Positions 7,952-16,452 of a stretch of DNA of 19,999 nucleotides are shown here, one piece after another. The DNA is from Spirulina sp. (lineage in GTDB: Bacteria; Cyanobacteriota; Cyanobacteriia; Phormidesmidales; Phormidesmidaceae), in assembly GCA_044070495.1 (NCBI GenBank), contig JBIPSI010000053.1, positions 1 to 19,999 on the forward strand, read 5' to 3'. The position numbers and the translations under genes are program-made. The number at the start of each line of letters is the position of its first letter. Position 1 is the stretch's first letter. The notes beneath the pieces are model-generated. The model saw only the letters and a list, made by a program, of their open reading frames with translations, was not told where the DNA came from and ran no database searches.

Positions 7952-8784
7952 GATGTGGCGGAGAGGATTGCTGCAATCGCCCCATTGAAGGCTTCCGATG
8001 CCACTAGATGGGGCCAGTGGTTGCCGGGGATGGTCTGGGTCTGCAAATTGGTCAGGTAGCGGTGGTAGGGCCGCGTTTGCCAATCCATGCGGTTGAGGCC
8101 ACCCTGGGGGAGTAGCAGATGGGTGGGGATGTCCAGGGATTCGGTTAGCCCAGCCCGGTTGAGGATGTCTTCAAAGACGCCATTGCGTGCGGCGAGGGCA
8201 AACTTGCTGCCCCAGGTGCCGTCGGGCTTTTGCTCCATGGCGGCATCAAAGACAGATTCTTGTAAAGGACTCCAGCCTCGGTATTGCTTGAGGCTTTGGG
8301 CTAGGGCGGCGGCGGCTTCGCGATTGGGGAATGGCCCCATCACCTTGAGGAAGGGCAGGGTGCGGTAGAAAATTGGCAGGGTAGGCCGAAACAGTTGGGG
8401 CAGGGTGTTGACGAAGAAGGGATCCACCAAAATCAACTGCTTTACCCGTTGGGGAGATTGTTTGGCCCACAGCAGCGCCAGCTTCGCCGCCCAGGAGTGA
8501 GCAATCACAGTGACGGGTTCCGTTAAGAGTGCATCGGCCAAGGCTTCCAAATCTGCCACGAATTCCAGGGCATCGTAGGCGGCGGGGTTGCCGGGTTTGC
8601 CGCTGTCGCCATGGCCGCGCAGGTCGGGGGCCAAACAGCGGTATTTAGACGAAAGGCTTTCCGCCAAGCTTTGCCATACCAAACCGTGATCCGCCAAACC
8701 ATGCAGCATCAGCACAGGCTCACCGTTACCCCATTCGAGGTAGGACAAGGGCCCAGGGGCAGTGGTCAGAAGATGGCGTGACAT
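7948..8784 (-). CDS. Alpha/beta fold hydrolase
   Basis: VLMLHG oxyanion motif, APDLRGHGDS, nucleophile elbow AHSWA, LILVDP, C-terminal GNHWPH. The stop overlaps the Uma2 stop by 4 bp (convergent). Confidence 0.9.
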   Translation of the reverse strand: MSRHLLTTAPGPLSYLEWGNGEPVLMLHGLADHGLVWQSLAESLSSKYRCLAPDLRGHGDSGKPGNPAAYDALEFVADLEALADALLTEPVTVIAHSWAAKLALLWAKQSPQRVKQLILVDPFFVNTLPQLFRPTLPIFYRTLPFLKVMGPFPNREAAAALAQSLKQYRGWSPLQESVFDAAMEQKPDGTWGSKFALAARNGVFEDILNRAGLTESLDIPTHLLLPQGGLNRMDWQTRPYHRYLTNLQTQTIPGNHWPHLVASEAFNGAIAAILSATS

Positions 8785-8791
8785 CAGTAAT

Positions 8792-8826
8792 TTTTGAATT
8801 TTGAATTTTGGACTTTGAATTTTGAA
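8792..8826. repeat. STRR-type heptamer tandem repeat (TTTTGAA x5)
   Basis: TTTTGAA TTTTGAA TTTTGGA CTTTGAA TTTTGAA between the pta stop and the hydrolase start. Confidence 0.9.
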
Positions 8827-8843
8827 CTACGGGGAATTCGGGG

Positions 8844-10973
8844 TTAGGAATTTTTCTCAGCCTGGGCTTGGATGGCGGTGATGGCGACGGTGTTGATGAT
8901 ATCGTCTACGGTGCAGCCTCGGCTGAGGTCGTTGACAGGTTTTTTTAGCCCTTGCAGGATGGGGCCGATGGCGATGGCTCCGGTTTCGCGCTGAACGGCT
9001 TTGTAGGTGTTGTTGCCCGTGTTGAGGTCGGGGAAGATCAGCACGGTGGCTTTTCCGGCCACTTGAGAGTCGGGCATTTTTTGGGAACCCACGGCGGCAT
9101 CCACGGCGGCATCGTACTGGATGGGGCCTTCTAGGAGCAGGTCGGGGCGGCGTTCGCGGGCGATTTGGGTGGCTTGGCGTACCCGTTCCACGTCTTCCCC
9201 TTGGCCAGAGTCGCCGGAGGAGTAGGACAGCAAGGCGATCTTGGGTTCCACGCCAAAGGTGCGGGCGGTGTCGGCGGAGGAAATGGCGATTTCTGCGAGT
9301 TGTTCTGCCGTGGGGTTGGGGTTGATGGCGCAGTCGCCGTAGACCAAAACGCGATGCTCTAGGCACATGAAGAAGACTGAGGACACCACGGAAAAGCCCG
9401 GTTTGGTCTTCACAAATTGCAGGGCGGGGCGGATGGTGTGCTGGGTGGTGTGGATGGCCCCGGAGACCATGCCATCGGCGTCGCCCTTGTAGACCATCAT
9501 GGTGCCAAAGTAGGACACGTCCATCATCACGTCGATGGCATTATCGAGGGTGACACCCTTGGCCTTCCGCAGTTCGTAGAAGGTTTCGGCATAATCCTGG
9601 AGTCGCTCCTCCTGGGCAGGGTTGAGGATGGTGATCTGATCCAGATCTAGGGTGATGGCGTGTTTGTTGAGAGCCTGCTGAATGTCGTGGTGGTTGCCCA
9701 GCAGGGTGATGTCCACAATGCCTCGGTTGAGGAGAATTGCCGCCGCCTTGAGGATGCGCGGATCGTAGGCTTCCGGCAACACAATGTGCTGGCGATCTCG
9801 CTTGGCCTGCTCCATCAGGTTGTAGGTAAACATTTTGGGCGTCATGCCCTGCACCCGTACGGCACTGATTTGCTTCTCCAGCCGCTCTAGGTCAACGTAG
9901 GTATCGAAGGCTTCGATGCTGAGGTTGATTTTTTCCCGGTCGTCGGGCAGCAGGGCACTGTGGACTTCGTTGACCTGGGCGGCGGTGGTAAAGGTGTCGG
10001 TCTTCACCGAAAGGATGGGCAGGGGGTTGGCGATGCCCTCAATCAACCGGGCAATGGTGGGGTCGGGCATCAGCCCCGCCGTTAGCAACAGCCCCGCCAG
10101 GGAAGGATAGCTGCTGGACTGGTGGGCCTGGAGCATTCCGGCGATGATGTCCCCCCGGTCGCCGGGAGTGATGATCAGGGCGTCCGGCTCCAGCCAGTTA
10201 AGGCTATTCTGCAACTGCATCGCCGCCACGATGCGGTTAGTGGCCAGGTTGCGGATCTGCCGATGGCCGTAGAGCACCTCCGCCCCAAGTTGTGCCGCAA
10301 TATCCCGCACCCTGGGGCTACTCAGCCGATGCTGGTAGGGAATCACCGACAGCAGCCAGCCCCGTAGGCCAAAATGCTGAAACAGCGACGCCTTAATCGC
10401 CTCAATCTGATCTGGGTCGGCCTTGTTGATCACCACCCCCACCACATCGCAGCCGTGGCCCAGGTAGGCATCCACCGCCCGCTGCACGGGGTTAATCATT
10501 TCCTCCAGGGTGCGCCCGTAGGCACTGGCCAAAATCAACACCGGAGCCCCCAAGTTTTTGGCCACCTCTTGATTGAAGCCAAACTCAAAGGCCGAGTTCT
10601 CATCCAAATAATCCGACCCTTCGCACAGGACAAAATCCGCCCGACTTTCCAGCGCCTTGTACTTGCTGATAATCGTGTCAATCACCTCATCGGCCCGCTG
10701 ATCCGCCAGCAAATCGTTCGCTTCGGGGGACAGCAACCCGTAGGACTCCTCGTAGCTTTGTTTCAGGTTGAAGTGAGTGATCAGTAGATCAATATCCTCG
10801 TCCCAGGTGGGATGGGCCGGGTCGGCGGAATGGGCCACATCCGGCACATGCACCAGGGGCCGAAAAAACTGCACCTGGGTGGTGCGCCGCAAAAGCAGCT
10901 CAATAATGCCGAGGGACACCAGCGCCTTACCGCTGCCGGCCTCGGTGGTGCTGATGTAGAGGGAGTGGGTCAT
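8844..10973 (-). CDS. pta: Phosphate acetyltransferase, long class (N-terminal BioD-like and DRTGG domains)
   Basis: SLYISTTEAGSGK, ITPGDRGD, HIVLPEAYDPRIL, YGDCAINPNP, GPIQYDAA, FPDLNTGNNTYK, KPVNDLSRG. Start placed at ATG 10973, which has GGAGG upstream. Confidence 0.96.
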   Translation of the reverse strand: MTHSLYISTTEAGSGKALVSLGIIELLLRRTTQVQFFRPLVHVPDVAHSADPAHPTWDEDIDLLITHFNLKQSYEESYGLLSPEANDLLADQRADEVIDTIISKYKALESRADFVLCEGSDYLDENSAFEFGFNQEVAKNLGAPVLILASAYGRTLEEMINPVQRAVDAYLGHGCDVVGVVINKADPDQIEAIKASLFQHFGLRGWLLSVIPYQHRLSSPRVRDIAAQLGAEVLYGHRQIRNLATNRIVAAMQLQNSLNWLEPDALIITPGDRGDIIAGMLQAHQSSSYPSLAGLLLTAGLMPDPTIARLIEGIANPLPILSVKTDTFTTAAQVNEVHSALLPDDREKINLSIEAFDTYVDLERLEKQISAVRVQGMTPKMFTYNLMEQAKRDRQHIVLPEAYDPRILKAAAILLNRGIVDITLLGNHHDIQQALNKHAITLDLDQITILNPAQEERLQDYAETFYELRKAKGVTLDNAIDVMMDVSYFGTMMVYKGDADGMVSGAIHTTQHTIRPALQFVKTKPGFSVVSSVFFMCLEHRVLVYGDCAINPNPTAEQLAEIAISSADTARTFGVEPKIALLSYSSGDSGQGEDVERVRQATQIARERRPDLLLEGPIQYDAAVDAAVGSQKMPDSQVAGKATVLIFPDLNTGNNTYKAVQRETGAIAIGPILQGLKKPVNDLSRGCTVDDIINTVAITAIQAQAEKNS

Positions 10974-11449
10974 GGCGCAGAACCTCCGCCCAGGATAGGC
11001 CACCCTTATTCAACACCAGCTCAGGGGAATCTCGGAATTTGTTAATGATGACTTCTAAATTCTACCGCCAGAGGCTTCAGCCATCCTCCGGCAGAATGGG
11101 GCTTGGCTCAAAGACGTTGAACAAGTCCCCGACTAGTCCCGAACTATAGGTGATCCAACCAAGGGCAAAGTTACAAACGGAGTTCCACAGGCGTTTTAGA
11201 AAGAGTTTTCCAGCACTCAAAACCAGGATAGAGACAGGAAAAGACGCCTTTCTTACTCCATCCTAAAGTCAAAAGGCCCAGCAAAAATACGCACTTAACA
11301 AAAGACACACGATCTTTTTAGCTATCTTGTTGTTAGCCTTCAATCAAGGCCAAAAGTTATCTAAAAAGACGAAGATTATCCAGAATCCACAACCAACAAA
11401 ACACTTTTCTTACCTTTGCTCCGCCGATATAATGCTATTATGAGTTGTT

Positions 11450-13249
11450 GTGCTTAGTCGTGAAGAGATGGTCGCAACTTTAGTTTTTAAGGTAGATAAA
11501 AATGTTTTTTTAGAGCGTATTGACAAGCCAATTTTCACCATCGGTCGTAGTAATTCTGATCATGTTAAGCTGGATGGCAAGGGAATTTCTCGCGGCCATG
11601 CCACAATATACTATGCAAACAACAGCTTGTGGGTAATTGATGGCACTACGAAAGGAAAGGTTAGCACCAATGGAGTATTGGTAAACGGCTCTAAGATTAC
11701 AGTTCATAAACTAAAGTCCTTTGATATTATTACTTTTTCTAGAGATATTCATGCCCTTTATTTAGAGGATAGACATGGTGACATAGATCCCCTTATGTTT
11801 TCCCAGTCTATTGCTAAGATTGTGGAGTTTATACAACGCAAAAATATTAGTGAAGCCGAAGCTGAAGTTCTGGGTGAAAAACTAGTTGAGGCGCATTCGA
11901 CCTACCTAGGAAAAATCAATAATCCCTTTCTGGATGATCTAACTAGATTGCCTAATCGAAGCGCGTTTTTTGGTCGCGTCAAAAAGTCGATTGAATTTAG
12001 TCAGAAAATTTCTCAGGACTATAAATTTTCTGTTCTATTTATCGACCTCGATAGATTTAAGGTGATCAACGATAGTCTGGGTCATCTCATTGGCGATAGA
12101 TTTCTAGTGTCAATTTCAGAAAAGATTAATCACTGCATTCGCGAGTCGGACATGATCGCACGATTGGGGGGTGATGAGTTTGCCGTTTTGCTCGATGATC
12201 TCAATAATTTCGATGAGGCTATTGCCATCGCTAAGCGGATTCAAAATATTCTAGCAGAGCCATTAAGCATAGACCAGCATGAACTGTATCCTAGCCTGAG
12301 CATTGGTATCGCCCTGAGTTCATTGGGGTATCAAAGCGTTGAGGAGATTATTCGAGATGCAGACACAGCCATGTATCATGCCAAAAAGACTGGGCGCTCA
12401 CGCTTTGTCGTTTTTGATGAGAAAATGCATCAGGAAGCCTCGGAACTGATGCGGTTAGATAGCGATTTGCGAAAGGCTCTAGACAACCAAGAACTACAGC
12501 TTGTTTATCAGCCTATTGTTTCTATCTTAGAAAGAAGAGTCGTTGGTTTTGAGGCATTGATACGATGGGAACACCCACAACTTGGCCCCATTAGCCCAGC
12601 AACATTCATCCCCATTGCCGAGGAAACTAATCTGATTTATCGCATTGGTAACTGGGTCTTAACAGAATCCTGTAAGCAGCTACAGCAATGGGCTTGTAAT
12701 CCAGCCATCATGCCCGATTTATCGATTAACGTTAATCTTTCATCTAAGCAACTTACAGACGCCAACCTAGTCAAGACTATCAAGCAGGCTCTGCATCAAT
12801 ATAATCTTCATCCTAAAAGACTCAAGCTAGAGGTGACGGAAAGCATTCTCATGGAGAATGGGACGCAATCTATCCAGGTACTCAATCATCTCAGGTGCAT
12901 GGGATTACAGATTGCCATAGATGATTTTGGTACAGGTTATTCATCTCTCAGCTACCTACATCGCCTTCCCATTGACACGCTCAAGGTAGATCGATCCTTT
13001 ATTTCTGCTATTCAAGATGGCAGCCAAAATACTAGCCTTAGTATTACCCATTCTATTATTAAGTTAGCTCATAGTATTGGGGTAAGAGTCGTTGCTGAGG
13101 GTGTTGAAAATGCCTACCATTTAGCTTGGCTAGAGCAACAGCGGTGTGACTATGCCCAAGGCTTTCTGTTCTCCCAGCCCTTGAGTGGGGCTTTGGCCAC
13201 ACAAATGGTAGAGCAAGGACTTCACTGGCCATGGAAATGCACCCGATAG
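11450..13249 (+). CDS. FHA-GGDEF-EAL c-di-GMP signalling protein
   Basis: FHA motifs IGRS, ISRGHA, STNGVLVNG; GGDEF domain DLDRFKVINDSLGH...RESDMIARLGGDEF; EAL domain YQPIV, FEAL, EVTES, DDFGTGYSSLSYL, LKVDRSF, AEGVE, QGFLFSQP. The start could be GTG 11450 or ATG 11468. Confidence 0.93.
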   Translation: MLSREEMVATLVFKVDKNVFLERIDKPIFTIGRSNSDHVKLDGKGISRGHATIYYANNSLWVIDGTTKGKVSTNGVLVNGSKITVHKLKSFDIITFSRDIHALYLEDRHGDIDPLMFSQSIAKIVEFIQRKNISEAEAEVLGEKLVEAHSTYLGKINNPFLDDLTRLPNRSAFFGRVKKSIEFSQKISQDYKFSVLFIDLDRFKVINDSLGHLIGDRFLVSISEKINHCIRESDMIARLGGDEFAVLLDDLNNFDEAIAIAKRIQNILAEPLSIDQHELYPSLSIGIALSSLGYQSVEEIIRDADTAMYHAKKTGRSRFVVFDEKMHQEASELMRLDSDLRKALDNQELQLVYQPIVSILERRVVGFEALIRWEHPQLGPISPATFIPIAEETNLIYRIGNWVLTESCKQLQQWACNPAIMPDLSINVNLSSKQLTDANLVKTIKQALHQYNLHPKRLKLEVTESILMENGTQSIQVLNHLRCMGLQIAIDDFGTGYSSLSYLHRLPIDTLKVDRSFISAIQDGSQNTSLSITHSIIKLAHSIGVRVVAEGVENAYHLAWLEQQRCDYAQGFLFSQPLSGALATQMVEQGLHWPWKCTR

Positions 13250-13298
13250 GGTAGTTTCCCTGTCCACCCATGGGCTGCCGGTTGGTCATCCATCCGCA

Positions 13299-14600
13299 TC
13301 ATCTCGCCGCAACCCGCTGCTTAATCCAGGCTAGGGCCTCCTTAGGACAGTTCACGACACCTTCAGCCTGGGCCAGTTGCACAGCCTCCAGCAGTTCGCC
13401 AATTTGGGGGCCAGGGGCCAATCCTAGCCCTTGGATGAGATCGCGCCCGGAGATGAGGGGGCGAGGGTGCGCCACTGGATCCTGGGGGTTGAAGTAGCGC
13501 TCCACGAGGGCAATCACCGTGGACTCTGGAACTTGGTTCACCAGGGCCAATAGGGCTAGCCCCGCCAGACCAGGGCCAGTGGCCTTAAACAGGTGGTACT
13601 GCTGGGCGATGGTGAGGGCGGGCTGCTGGGCCAGGGGTTGGAGGCTCGACCAGCCCTTGAGAATGCTGAGCACCGCCTGTTGCTCCGCACGACTGTACTT
13701 AAGGCGGGTGAGGATAGCTTCGGCCTGGTCGGCTTCGGGCAGCAGCAATTGGCTGAGTTTTGTGGCCTTCAGCCAGCTCCGGTGCAAGCCAGGGGCGGTG
13801 GCTTCCTTCACCCAGCCGTGCAAACAGTCGGATAGGACGGGCCAGCGTTCGTGGATTTGGGCGGCGGTGCGGTCGATGGCCACCAGTTGGTGTAGTTCTG
13901 GCTCGCCGACGGTGGGCAACCAGGTTTGTAAAATGCCATCCTGCCAAGCTTCCCGCAGCAGCACCGACCCCTGGGGCAGACTGAGCAGACAGTCAATTTC
14001 TCCGCGCACCCGTTCGGCAGCCATGCCCTTCAGTAGAGGAGCGAGACGTCGCAGGGTGGCCTGGGTGGTCGGGTCGAGGCTGAACCCCAGTTGGGCGGCT
14101 TGGCGATAGGCCCGCAGCAGGCGCAGGGGGTCTTCCTCCAGGTTTTCGGCGGAGACCATGCAGAGCACCTTCCGTTGCAGGTCGGCGTAGCCATCCAGGG
14201 GGTCTACCAGGGTTTCGCTATGGGGGTTGTAGGCGATGGCGTTGATGGTGAAGTCGCGCCGCTGGAGGTCTACACCAATACTGGGGCCAATCTGCTGGGC
14301 AAAATCTACCGTGGCGTTGGGGAACACCACCCGCGCAATCTGGTGCTCGGCATCCAGCACCACAAAGCCCGCCTTGTAGTGGTGAGCGATGTCCGCCGCT
14401 GTTTCGATGGCCTTTTCCGGCAGCACAAAGTCTAAATCTAGATAATCCGCCTGGCGGTTGAGTAGGGCATCGCGCACACTCCCCCCCACCAAATAGGCGT
14501 GCTGCGGCAACAGCGATACGCTAAAGGGCCAGGTTTTGGGCGAAAGGGCGGATTTTTCGGTAGCCACTGCGAGGGATAGCGAGGTTAGCGTCAGACTCAA
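13299..14600 (-). CDS. Class II tRNA nucleotidyltransferase, probably the CC-adding enzyme
   Basis: YLVGGSVRDALL, DLDF, DLQRRDFTINAIA, EDPLRLLR, AERVRGE, C-terminal GRDLI...PGPQIG. Short segment between motifs A and B. Start codon uncertain. Confidence 0.88.
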   Translation of the reverse strand: MSLTLTSLSLAVATEKSALSPKTWPFSVSLLPQHAYLVGGSVRDALLNRQADYLDLDFVLPEKAIETAADIAHHYKAGFVVLDAEHQIARVVFPNATVDFAQQIGPSIGVDLQRRDFTINAIAYNPHSETLVDPLDGYADLQRKVLCMVSAENLEEDPLRLLRAYRQAAQLGFSLDPTTQATLRRLAPLLKGMAAERVRGEIDCLLSLPQGSVLLREAWQDGILQTWLPTVGEPELHQLVAIDRTAAQIHERWPVLSDCLHGWVKEATAPGLHRSWLKATKLSQLLLPEADQAEAILTRLKYSRAEQQAVLSILKGWSSLQPLAQQPALTIAQQYHLFKATGPGLAGLALLALVNQVPESTVIALVERYFNPQDPVAHPRPLISGRDLIQGLGLAPGPQIGELLEAVQLAQAEGVVNCPKEALAWIKQRVAAR

Positions 14601-14843
14601 GGAAGCCTCTATTCTTTCATTACAACAATCTTTTGGGTTCCTGACTGCCCGCCTTGCTCAATCTTGACCGTGGCCCACCCCCAAGTAGCGTAGAACCGTG
14701 GGGCATGGCGTTTGGACGTGGGATCTGCACCGTGGCGGTCATGTTTGCATTTCGCAACATCCCTCCGCCAAGCCCAGGGCATTCATAAAACTTGAGTAGA
14801 ATATCAAAAAACAGACCCCCTTTCGGTGGATAGGCTCAGTAAT

Positions 14844-15092
14844 ATGTGCATTTGCGTAAATTGTCACTACGTTGACCGCTGCACCACCTACCATGCCGTA
14901 GAAGGCCAGCATCAACAGCCTCACCTCACGGCGTTCCCCAGCTTTGAACCCGTGGAACCCACCATCAACGTCAATATTCGCCAACAGGGCGAAGACATCG
15001 AGATGGAGTGGGACGTGGTGGGATGCGAAAGCTTCCAGGAAGAAATGGGCAAATGGGCCAAACTGCGACCGGGCGAATTAGTCCCAACCTAA
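14844..15092 (+). CDS. ycf34: Ycf34 family protein (small Cys-rich Fe-S protein)
   Basis: MCICVNCHYVDRCTTYHAVE...PTINVNI...EWDVVGCESF...GKWAKLRPGELVPT; start at ATG 14844. Confidence 0.92.
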   Translation: MCICVNCHYVDRCTTYHAVEGQHQQPHLTAFPSFEPVEPTINVNIRQQGEDIEMEWDVVGCESFQEEMGKWAKLRPGELVPT

Positions 15093-15134
15093 CCGTGGTT
15101 TGGGTTAACCCGACAGGGCAATGTTCCCGGTATG

Positions 15135-15220
15135 CCCTCACCCCCAGCCCCTCTCCCACTGGGAGAGGGGAGCTAGAAGGATTCAAAGTCCCTCTCCCGC
15201 TGGGAGAGAGATTTAGGGTG
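15135..15220. repeat. Uninterrupted CCCTCTCCC/GGGAGAGGG hairpin doublet between convergent genes
   Basis: CCCTCACCCCCAG-CCCCTCTCCC-ACT-GGGAGAGGGG ... AAAGT-CCCTCTCCC-GCT-GGGAGAGAG-ATTTAGGGTG; relatives at 2907 and 17959. Confidence 0.85.
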
Positions 15221-15269
15221 TAGCTTGCTTCCCGTAAGGGTGGGCTACGGGGACTTGGCGACGAGGTAC

Positions 15270-15677
15270 TTAGGTTTCCACCACCTGGGTTTTGAGGCCC
15301 ACCCAGGCCCCGCTAGGGTGTTGCCCCACCAGATAAAGGGCAACCTCCACCTGACCGAGGCGATAGACGCGCAGGTCGGAGAGGATGCCCTGGAGAAAGT
15401 CCTCAAGGGCCTGATAGCGCTCGGCTAGGTGCTCGCCCTGGGCCGAGTGCCAAAAGGGTTGCTTGAGGATGGGCTGAAAAAACTGCTCCGGCGGATGCTC
15501 CGGGATGGAAGAAACTTCCGTGTCCAGCAGTTCTAGGACATCGTCAGCCTGGGGAGACGGCCATACCACAATGGTTACCGGGGCATCGGTTTCGCTGGGG
15601 TACCACAGGTCGGCCACGAGGGTCTGGAGGCGATCCACGTCGGCCTGGAGAGAGTCGTCGGAGATCGCCTGGGTCAT
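15270..15677 (-). CDS. Nuclease A inhibitor (NuiA) family protein
   Basis: 135 aa acidic protein with LWYPSETDAP near the N-terminus, LRVYRLG, and C-terminal GLKTQVVET, matching the NuiA pattern (SE.DYP ... T..VET). Confidence 0.85.
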   Translation of the reverse strand: MTQAISDDSLQADVDRLQTLVADLWYPSETDAPVTIVVWPSPQADDVLELLDTEVSSIPEHPPEQFFQPILKQPFWHSAQGEHLAERYQALEDFLQGILSDLRVYRLGQVEVALYLVGQHPSGAWVGLKTQVVET

Positions 15678-15701
15678 GGGAACAGGGTCAAAAAAGGGAC
15701 A

Positions 15702-16154
15702 TTAGAGAGTCTTGATGACCTTCATGGCCTCGCTAACGTGGGCCTTGGGGTTGAACTGCGAGTTGAAAATGTGGCGCACCTTGCCCTCTAGGTCAATGAT
15801 ATAGGTGACACGACCAGGCAGCAGCCCAAGCGTACTTGGCACCCCGTAGGCATTGCGCACCTTGCTCCCTTCGTCGCTGACCAGGGTAAAGGGGAGATTG
15901 TGCTTTGCGGCAAACTGCTGGTGGGAGGTCGGGGAGTCGCTGCTAATGCCAATCACCTCGGCTCCGGTGGCGGCAAAGTCGGTGTAGCTATCGCGAAAGG
16001 TACAGGACTCAATGGTGCAACCGGGGGTGTCGTCCTTGGGGTAAAAGTACAGCACCACGGCTTTTTTACCGCGAAAATCGCTCAGGGTAACCGGGGTCCC
16101 GGCTTGGTTGGGCAAGGTAAAGTCGGGGGCAAGGTCACCAACCTGAATAGGCAT
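15702..16154 (-). CDS. bcp: Peroxiredoxin Q / BCP
   Basis: [28 protein letters not shown] (PxxxTxxC with CxxxxC resolving Cys), [15 protein letters not shown] upstream. Confidence 0.94.
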   Translation of the reverse strand: MPIQVGDLAPDFTLPNQAGTPVTLSDFRGKKAVVLYFYPKDDTPGCTIESCTFRDSYTDFAATGAEVIGISSDSPTSHQQFAAKHNLPFTLVSDEGSKVRNAYGVPSTLGLLPGRVTYIIDLEGKVRHIFNSQFNPKAHVSEAMKVIKTL

Positions 16155-16250
16155 AGGGGAGGAATCTCCTGTGTAAAAGTTTTATAAACATTCATAATAG
16201 TTAACAAAAGTATTCTTTGCCTGAGAGATAATCCCCAATGTTGCCAAGAC

Positions 16251-16393
16251 TTTCGTCCATTGCTGCACGACGCCTAACTTTGGTTCATGGTTTCGTGATG
16301 CCTGGTTTTGGTGCATTGCTGCGTGATGCCTAGTTTTGGTACATTGCTTCGCGAATGCACCCTACGTTGCTACCTGGCGTTATGCACTCTACG
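16251..16393. repeat. Degenerate 28-bp tandem repeat ending in a GTAG-type REP
   Basis: CATTGCT-like anchors at 16258, 16286, 16314 and 16342. The last unit reads GTAGGGTGCATTCGCGAAGCAATGTACC on the minus strand. Confidence 0.8.
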
Positions 16394-16408
16394 CCGCTTT
16401 CCAAACCA

Positions 16409-16447
16409 CCAATAACCAATAACCAATAACCAATAGCCAATAACCAA
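16409..16447. repeat. STRR-type heptamer tandem repeat (CCAATAA x5.5)
   Basis: CCAATAA x3, CCAATAG, CCAATAA, CCAA, ending 5 bp before the cry-DASH ATG. Confidence 0.9.
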
Positions 16448-16452
16448 CCCCC

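Noticed and set aside
7308..8083. Antisense ORFs of 225 and 141 aa over the Uma2 gene
   Set aside because: They are shadows of the GC-rich coding strand and the 21-bp repeat.
11155..11260. c-di-GMP-I riboswitch upstream of the GGDEF-EAL gene
   Set aside because: Only a GGGCAAA fragment matches; the paired stems and tetraloop/receptor could not be built.
16165..16210. RpaB HLR1 or NtcA site in the prxQ promoter
   Set aside because: TTTACA-like half sites are degenerate and mis-spaced, and there is no GTA-N8-TAC.
16251..16365. CRISPR or tRNA in the prxQ / cry-DASH intergenic region
   Set aside because: Units abut with no unique spacers, and no cloverleaf or T-loop motif is present.
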